Origin: Gemmatimonas sp. | Lineage (GTDB): Bacteria > Gemmatimonadota > Gemmatimonadetes > Gemmatimonadales > Gemmatimonadaceae | Direction: 5' to 3' | Assembly: GCA_031414535.1 (NCBI GenBank) | Contig: JANNVQ010000011.1 | Coordinates: 1-64,000 of the forward strand | Length of the DNA: 64,000 bases | Shown here: piece after piece, positions 58,110-64,000 of the stretch | How the letters are laid out: each line of letters begins with the position of its first letter | Numbering within the stretch: the stretch's first letter is position 1 | The notes under the pieces: model-generated | What the model was told of the DNA's origin: nothing | What the model saw: only the letters and a program-made list of their open reading frames with translations | Databases searched by the model: none | Program-made: the position numbers and the translations under genes

Positions 58110-58877
58110 CTAGCGGCGGTACGTCCACCGCGGATCACGATAATGCGCGAGATGCTCCGGCAGGCGACCGTTGAGTTCTGCTGCATCGAGCACATCCACA
58201 GGCGCCTCGCAGGCCGCGCCCAGCGCCGTCGAGAGCGCGGCGACGACCTCTGCCACACTAACGTTGCGGCCAAGCGTCTCGCTGAGTGTGGCCGCGGCAG
58301 GAAGCTCGTCCGGTTGGCCACGCAAAGTGGCGACCATCGCTTGATCGTCCGCGAGGAGGATGCTGCCGTGCTGCAGCAGGGCGTGCTCGTCGCGCCGTTG
58401 CGCGCTGCCCACAAGCTTTCGCCCGTTCACCACGAGCTCGCCCGCGTTGGGCTCAGCAAAACATGCCGCGCCATCAGGGCGTAAGGGTCGGCCGTTGCGC
58501 TCGGCCTCGGTTGCCGGCACACCGAGAAAGTTGAGGGCGGCGAGCAGAATCGCGTTGATGGCGCGGTAGCTCTCGCTGAGCGAAGCGCCGAGGGTGGGCG
58601 CGGTCACGCTGTACGTGACTTCACGATGGTGTAGCAGGGCCCGTCCACCGGTGGGGCGTCGGACCACGTCCACCCCGGCGCGGGCTGCAGCCTCGGGGTT
58701 GAGCCGAGCCCGTTCGTGCATGCCCAACGAGAGCGTCGGACGTGCCCATGTATAGACGCGGAGCACCGCCTCATTTGAGGACTCGGCACGGTCGAGCAGG
58801 GCGTGATCTACCGCCATGTTGGTCGCGCCGTCGGCGGGAGCGCTGACGAGGAGCCGCCAGCACGGGGCAAGCGGCAC
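58110..58877 (-). CDS. lipM: LipM-like octanoyltransferase / catalytic-domain-only lipoate-protein ligase
   Basis: NMAVDHALL, VVRRPTGGRALLH, ACF..ELVVNGRKLVGSAQRR..LQHGSILL; no C-terminal LplA domain; GTG start inferred. Confidence 0.65.
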   Translation of the reverse strand: MPLAPCWRLLVSAPADGATNMAVDHALLDRAESSNEAVLRVYTWARPTLSLGMHERARLNPEAAARAGVDVVRRPTGGRALLHHREVTYSVTAPTLGASLSESYRAINAILLAALNFLGVPATEAERNGRPLRPDGAACFAEPNAGELVVNGRKLVGSAQRRDEHALLQHGSILLADDQAMVATLRGQPDELPAAATLSETLGRNVSVAEVVAALSTALGAACEAPVDVLDAAELNGRLPEHLAHYRDPRWTYRR

Positions 58878-58879
58878 GG

Positions 58880-59038
58880 TTAGCGCACGATGATGTAGTA
58901 GATCACGTACAGCCAGCTGAAGACGCCGTGCAAGATGGCCCAGAGCACGGACTTGTTGACGCTCCAGCTGATGGCGATGGCAAGCGCGGACCCGAGGCTG
59001 ATGCCGGAGCGAGCGAATTCGACTCTGGTGGATGACAT
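58880..59038 (-). CDS. Small membrane protein (52 aa)
   Basis: GISLGSALAIAISWSVNKSVLWAILHGVFSWLYVIYY, two hydrophobic segments; ends 2 nt before the ligase start. Confidence 0.7.
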   Translation of the reverse strand: MSSTRVEFARSGISLGSALAIAISWSVNKSVLWAILHGVFSWLYVIYYIIVR

Positions 59039-59041
59039 TTG

Positions 59042-59120
59042 GACGGATGACGGATGACGGATGCCAACGGTGGGACAGCGCGGGGTTGACGGTTTTAGCA
59101 TCCGTCATCCGTCGTCCGTC
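59042..59120. repeat. GACGGAT inverted-repeat element in the divergent region before gcvP
   Basis: (GACGGAT)3 at 59042-59062; ATCCGTC ATCCGTC GTCCGTC at 59100-59120. Confidence 0.88.
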
Positions 59121-59195
59121 CCTCGACTGAGTCCAATCTACGCAGTAATTCGCAGACTGACTAACTTTACGGACCCCTTTCGGAGTTGCCCTCCC

Positions 59196-62060
59196 TTGCA
59201 TCCCGCTCCCGACACGTTCATTCGCCGCCACCTCGGTCCTTCTGAGGCGGAGCAGGCTGAAATGCTGAAAGAACTCGGCTACGCTTCACTGGACGCGTTC
59301 ATTGACGCGACTGTGCCCGAGAATATCCGCCTTCGTCGCCCCCTCGCATTGCCGGGAGCGAAGTCCGAGCAGGAAGCGCTCGCCAACTTCCGCGCCGAGA
59401 TGAGCGCCAACGAAGTGCGCCGCTCCTTCATCGGCATGGGCTACTACGACACGCACACGCCGGCCGTCATTCAGCGCAACATCCTCGAGAATCCCGGCTG
59501 GTACACGGCGTACACGCCCTACCAGGCGGAAATCGCCCAGGGACGCCTCGAGGCACTGCTCAACTACCAGACGGTTGTCTGCGATCTCACGGGCCTGCCG
59601 ATCGCCAACGCCTCGTTACTGGATGAAGGCACTGCCGCCGCTGAAGCGGTCACGATGGTGCACGGCATCGTCGGTAAGGACGGACGCGACACATTCCTCA
59701 TCGCCAAGGACTGCCATCCGCAGACCATCGAAGTGGTGACGGCGCGCGCCGAGGCGCGTGGCGTGACGGTGAAGGTGGTGGACGTCGCAAAGATGAAGCC
59801 GAATAAGAGCGTGGCCGGCGTGTTGCTGCAGTATCCCAACACCACCGGTCAGGTTGAGGACTATCGCGAACTCGCGGAGAAGGTGCACGCGGCTGGTGGC
59901 CTTGTGATTGTGGCGACGGACCTGTTGGCGCTGACTCTGCTGACGCCTCCGGGCGAGTGGGGCGCGGACGTAGCCGTGGGCAACTCACAGCGCTTTGGCG
60001 TGCCGTTTGGCTACGGCGGCCCTCACGCGGCGTTCTTCTCTACCAAGGATGAGTACAAGCGCCAGATTCCCGGCCGCATCATCGGCGTCTCGCGCGATTC
60101 GTCGGGCAAGCCGGCGCTACGCATGGCGCTACAGACGCGCGAGCAGCACATCCGTCGTGAAAAGGCCACGAGCAATGTGTGCACGGCGCAGGTGTTGCTC
60201 TCGGTGATCGCTGGTATGTATGCCACGTTCCATGGGCCGGATGGTCTCAAGCGCATCGCCACGCGTATTCATCACCGCGCTGAGGTGTTCGCGGCTGGCG
60301 TCCGCAAGCTTGGCATGGAACCGCAGGCTGGCATCTTCTTCGATACCGTCACTGTGCCTGTGGGCGGTAACTTGCGGAAGATCGTGAAGGCTGCGGGCAA
60401 GCTCGGCATCAACCTGCGCACAGTGGACCGCAAGACGCTCGGCGTTTCCATGGGCGAGAACACCACGGTGCAGGATGTGAGCGACTTGCTGACGGCGTTC
60501 AATGCCGGCGCCGCGCACGGGCTCGACCTCAACGAGATCGCCGAGACGGTGGACGCGCGCTACGACGAGCGCGTGCGCCGCACGTCGGACTTCCTCACGC
60601 ATCCGACCTTCTCCAAGTACCACTCGGAGACGGAGATGCTGCGCTACATGCGTAAGCTCGAGTCGCGCGACCTGTCGCTCACGCACTCGATGATTCCGCT
60701 CGGCAGCTGCACCATGAAGCTGAACGCCAGCGCCGAGATGTATCCGGTGACCTGGCGCGAAGTTGGCGGGCTGCATCCGTTTGCGCCGGTGGAGCAGGCC
60801 AAGGGGTACGCCTCGATGTTCGCCCGCTTGGAGAAGGCGCTGGCAGAAGTCACGGGCTTCTCGGCCGTGTCGCTGCAGCCAAACGCCGGTTCGCAGGGCG
60901 AGTACACGGGCCTCTTGGCTATTCGTGCCTATCACCGCGCGCGTGGTCAGGGCCATCGTTCGATTTGCCTGATCCCAAATTCGGCGCATGGTACGAATCC
61001 CGCGAGCGCGGTGATGGCGGGCATGCAGGTTGTCGTTGTGGGCACGGACGCCCACGGCAACATTGACGTGAATGACCTGCGCTCGAAGGCCGAGCAGCAC
61101 AGCAACAATCTCGCCGCGCTGATGGTGACGTACCCGTCCACGCACGGCGTGTTTGAAGAGAGCATCAAGGACATCTGCGCAATCATTCACGAGCACGGTG
61201 GCCAGGTGTACTTGGACGGCGCGAATATGAACGCGATGGTTGGCGTGAGCCGCCCGGGCGACATTGGCGCCGACGTCTGCCATCTGAATCTCCATAAGAC
61301 GTTCTGCATCCCGCACGGCGGCGGCGGCCCAGGCATGGGTCCGATTGGCGTGGTGGCGCATCTCGCGCCTTTCCTGCCGGGCCACTCGGTCATCACCTTC
61401 GAAGGTGAGCAGCGTATCGGCGCGGTGAGCGCGGCGCCCTATGGTTCGTCGAGCATCCTGCCGATTTCTATGATGTACATCGACATGATGGGTGGCGAGG
61501 GCCTCGTGCTCGCGACGAAGGTCGCAATCCTTAACGCCAACTACGTGGCCGAGAAGCTGAAGGGTCACTACGAAGTGCTCTACCGTGGCAAGAACGGCCA
61601 CGTAGCGCACGAGTGCATCCTCGACACGCGTCCGCTCAAGGGGAGCGCCGGCGTTGAAGTGGAAGACATCGCGAAGCGCCTGATGGACTATGGCTTCCAC
61701 GCGCCGACCGTGAGCTTCCCCGTGGCGGGGACGTTGATGATTGAGCCGACGGAGTCTGAGTCGAAGGCGGAGCTTGACCGTTTCATTGACGCGATGATCA
61801 GCATCCGCGAAGAGGCCCGTGACATCGAGCGCGGCGTGCTTTCGCGCGAGGACAACCCGCTGGCGCACGCGCCGCATACGCAGGAAGTGGTAGTGAGCGA
61901 CAACTGGACTCGCGGGTACTCACGCGAGCGCGCGGCCTTCCCCTTGGCGTGGGTGCGCGACCGGAAGTTCTGGCCCGCGGTTGGGCGTGTGGAGTCGGCG
62001 TTTGGGGACCGTAACTTGGTCTGCTCGTGCCCGCCGATTGAGGAGTACGCGCAGGCATAA
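59196..62060 (+). CDS. gcvP: Glycine dehydrogenase (glycine cleavage P protein)
   Basis: [57 protein letters not shown] lysine, EPTESE; TTG start after GGAG inferred. Confidence 0.96.
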   Translation: MHPAPDTFIRRHLGPSEAEQAEMLKELGYASLDAFIDATVPENIRLRRPLALPGAKSEQEALANFRAEMSANEVRRSFIGMGYYDTHTPAVIQRNILENPGWYTAYTPYQAEIAQGRLEALLNYQTVVCDLTGLPIANASLLDEGTAAAEAVTMVHGIVGKDGRDTFLIAKDCHPQTIEVVTARAEARGVTVKVVDVAKMKPNKSVAGVLLQYPNTTGQVEDYRELAEKVHAAGGLVIVATDLLALTLLTPPGEWGADVAVGNSQRFGVPFGYGGPHAAFFSTKDEYKRQIPGRIIGVSRDSSGKPALRMALQTREQHIRREKATSNVCTAQVLLSVIAGMYATFHGPDGLKRIATRIHHRAEVFAAGVRKLGMEPQAGIFFDTVTVPVGGNLRKIVKAAGKLGINLRTVDRKTLGVSMGENTTVQDVSDLLTAFNAGAAHGLDLNEIAETVDARYDERVRRTSDFLTHPTFSKYHSETEMLRYMRKLESRDLSLTHSMIPLGSCTMKLNASAEMYPVTWREVGGLHPFAPVEQAKGYASMFARLEKALAEVTGFSAVSLQPNAGSQGEYTGLLAIRAYHRARGQGHRSICLIPNSAHGTNPASAVMAGMQVVVVGTDAHGNIDVNDLRSKAEQHSNNLAALMVTYPSTHGVFEESIKDICAIIHEHGGQVYLDGANMNAMVGVSRPGDIGADVCHLNLHKTFCIPHGGGGPGMGPIGVVAHLAPFLPGHSVITFEGEQRIGAVSAAPYGSSSILPISMMYIDMMGGEGLVLATKVAILNANYVAEKLKGHYEVLYRGKNGHVAHECILDTRPLKGSAGVEVEDIAKRLMDYGFHAPTVSFPVAGTLMIEPTESESKAELDRFIDAMISIREEARDIERGVLSREDNPLAHAPHTQEVVVSDNWTRGYSRERAAFPLAWVRDRKFWPAVGRVESAFGDRNLVCSCPPIEEYAQA

Positions 62061-62068
62061 CGGCTTGG

Positions 62069-62203
62069 TCACCACGGAGACACAGAGGCACGGAGAATGC
62101 TGGAGCAAACTTTGAAGGGGGTCCGCACCAATCCATCGGTGCGGACCCCCTTTAAAAACTTTGCAGTTCTCCGAGCCTCCGTGCCTCCGTGGTGAAGGCA
62201 GTT
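62069..62203. repeat. 9-mer-based inverted-repeat element enclosing the gcvP/gcvH terminator
   Basis: TCACCACGGAGACACAGAGGCACGGAGA ... TCTCCGAGCCTCCGTGCCTCCGTGGTGA. Confidence 0.8.
62111..62156. terminator. Intrinsic terminator between convergent gcvP and gcvH
   Basis: TTTGAAGGGGGTCCGCACC-loop-GGTGCGGACCCCCTTTAAA. Confidence 0.8.
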
Positions 62204-62209
62204 CAGAAG

Positions 62210-62596
62210 CTACTGACCGAGCAACTTCCCATACGCAGCCGCGTCCATCAGGCCGGCGAGGTCGGCGGCGGAGACCTTCATCTTGATCATCCAGCCATCG
62301 CCGTAGGGGTCGTTGTTCACGAGCGCCGGCTCGCCGTCAAGCTTGGGGTTCACCTCGACAATCTCGCCCGCGAGTGGGGAGTAGAGCTCAGACACGGCCT
62401 TCACGGCTTCGATGGTGCCGAAGACTTCGTGGACGGCGACCTTCTTGCCCGGCTTCGGGAGGTCGAGGAAGACGATGTCGCCGAGCTCGCCTTGTGCGTA
62501 GTCGGTGATGCCAACGAGGACGACGCCGGCATCGGCCGTCTTCTTCACGAACTCGTGGTCTTTGGTATAGAGAAGATCCGCGGGGATCGACGACAC
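62210..62596 (-). CDS. gcvH: Glycine cleavage system H protein
   Basis: YTKDHE, GITDYAQGELGDIVF, IEAVKAVSE lipoyl Lys, NNDPYGDGWM; GTG start inferred. Confidence 0.95.
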   Translation of the reverse strand: MSSIPADLLYTKDHEFVKKTADAGVVLVGITDYAQGELGDIVFLDLPKPGKKVAVHEVFGTIEAVKAVSELYSPLAGEIVEVNPKLDGEPALVNNDPYGDGWMIKMKVSAADLAGLMDAAAYGKLLGQ

Positions 62597-62744
62597 GCGT
62601 GGCTCCGAGAGTGGGGACTGTAGAACGGAATCGTACGAGCGAAGGCTACGCGCCTTCAGAGCGAGAATCAAGCAGTGCGCGTGAGCTGGCGACACTCCGT
62701 ACGGCCATCCTGTCGGCTATTGGGAAGCTCTGTAGATTCCACGA

Positions 62745-64000
62745 ATGCGCCAATCCCTCGCCGTCCTCGCAGGCCTGCTCTTCATTGCCTGCCGCCCCGC
62801 TGCGGGCCCCACCACCGCCGAACTCGCCCGCTGGGACGCCCAAGCGGCACGGGTCACCATCACCCGCGACGACTGGGGCATTCCGCACATCCGCGGCACC
62901 AGCGACGCCGACGCCGTCTTCGGGATGATGTACGCGCAGGCCGAGGACGACTTCAATCGCATCGAGATGAACTTCCTCACCGCGCTCGGGCGGCTCGCCG
63001 AGGCGGAGGGTGAATCGGCCATCTGGAGCGACCTCCGGATGCGGCTCTTCATTGATCCCGACTCGCTGCAGGCCATGTACGCGTCGAGTCCGGAGTGGCT
63101 GCGTGCCCTCATGGACGCGTGGGCCGACGGACTCAATTACTACCTGTACAAGAATCCCACGACGACGCCTCGCGTGCTCACGCGATTTGAGCCGTGGATG
63201 GCACTCGCGTTTAGCGAAGGCAGCATCGGTGGCGACATCGAGACCGTCTCGCTCGCCGAGTTAGAGAAGTTCTATGCGGGGACCACCGCCGTGGCATCGC
63301 GGCCACGTCCTCCGCGTGGCCCATCAGGCTCCAACGGCTTCGCGATTGCTCCATCGCGCTCGGCGAGCGGCAAGGCCTTGCTGCTGATCAATCCGCATAC
63401 GTCGTTCTTCTTCCGCGAGGAGTTGCAGGTCACGAGCGACTCTGGGCTCAATGCGTATGGCGCGGTGACCTGGGGACAGTTCTTCGTGTATCAGGGCTTT
63501 AATGAGCGCGCCGGGTGGATGCACACCTCGAGCAGCAACGATGCCATTGACGAGTTTGCCGTTGCGGTGACGCGTGGCGACTCGGGGTGGAGCTATGCCT
63601 TTGGGAATGAGACGCGCCCTGTTCGTACGCGCCGAGTCACGCTCTCGTACCGCACCCCCGAGGGCCTGCGCACACGCGACTTCACGGTGCACGCCACGCA
63701 CCATGGTCCGGTCGTCCGCTCGGCCGACGACAAGTGGATTGCCGTTCAACTGATGAACTCGCCGGTGAAGGCGCTCACGCAGTCGTTCACGCGCACCAAG
63801 GCGCGCACGCTGGCCGAGTTCCGCGCGACGATGGACCTGCACACCAATTCGTCGAACAACACCGTGTACGCTGACGCCGATGGGAACACTGCCTACTTCC
63901 ACGCCAACTTCGTGCCGCGTCGCGACACGAAGTTTGATTACGCGAAGCCCGTGGACGGCAATAATCCGGCAACCGATTGGCAGGGCATTCACACGGTGGA
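62745..64000 (+). CDS. Penicillin acylase family (Ntn hydrolase, S45) lipoprotein, 3' end runs off the window
   Basis: Not in the ORF track (no stop). My translation: MRQSLAVLAGLLFIAC, ITRDDWGIPHI, YAQAEDDF, GSNGFAIAP (beta-chain Ser at 63330), LLINPH. Confidence 0.88.
   Translation, partial: MRQSLAVLAGLLFIACRPAAGPTTAELARWDAQAARVTITRDDWGIPHIRGTSDADAVFGMMYAQAEDDFNRIEMNFLTALGRLAEAEGESAIWSDLRMRLFIDPDSLQAMYASSPEWLRALMDAWADGLNYYLYKNPTTTPRVLTRFEPWMALAFSEGSIGGDIETVSLAELEKFYAGTTAVASRPRPPRGPSGSNGFAIAPSRSASGKALLLINPHTSFFFREELQVTSDSGLNAYGAVTWGQFFVYQGFNERAGWMHTSSSNDAIDEFAVAVTRGDSGWSYAFGNETRPVRTRRVTLSYRTPEGLRTRDFTVHATHHGPVVRSADDKWIAVQLMNSPVKALTQSFTRTKARTLAEFRATMDLHTNSSNNTVYADADGNTAYFHANFVPRRDTKFDYAKPVDGNNPATDWQGIHTV

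Noticed and set aside
59039..59195. Glycine riboswitch upstream of gcvP
   Set aside because: No recognisable aptamer motifs; the region is mostly the heptamer element. An Rfam scan would settle it.
60129..61877. 582-aa minus-strand ORF
   Set aside because: Antisense shadow of gcvP

Overview
GC-rich bacterial chromosomal segment. The gene content and protein styles suggest Gemmatimonadota; this is inference, not a database result. From start to end it holds: an outer-membrane protein, waaA and a DsbA-family protein; a SusC/SusD-like uptake locus with accessory lipoproteins; a housekeeping run (dnaE-accA-ricT-metG-M23 peptidase); an aminopeptidase, a UvrD-family helicase and an S9 peptidase. 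A ~16 kb copper cluster (24.4-40.1 kb) follows, with cusCBA-like efflux, a P2A-type ATPase, DUF4198-like, copD, copC, a BlaR1/M56-BlaI pair, an NTF2-like protein and copAB. After it come lipA-pdhABC-lpdA-lipB, a GT2/DUF3108-like operon, a peptide ABC transporter plus POT transporter, a LipM-like enzyme, gcvP/gcvH and a partial penicillin-acylase-family gene. Two things stand out. (1) A candidate protease-relay copper-sensing regulon: an M56 protease with a His/Cys-rich tail, a BlaI repressor with no CopY Cys motif, and three copies of the palindrome TTTAC-N5-GTAAA at the copper promoters. (2) A family of small inverted-repeat elements built from tandem GACGGAT heptamers, seen at 8 loci. They wrap a terminator, abut start codons, supply stop codons, and one sits in frame inside pdhC. 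No rRNA, tRNA, CRISPR array, integrase or transposase was recognised.
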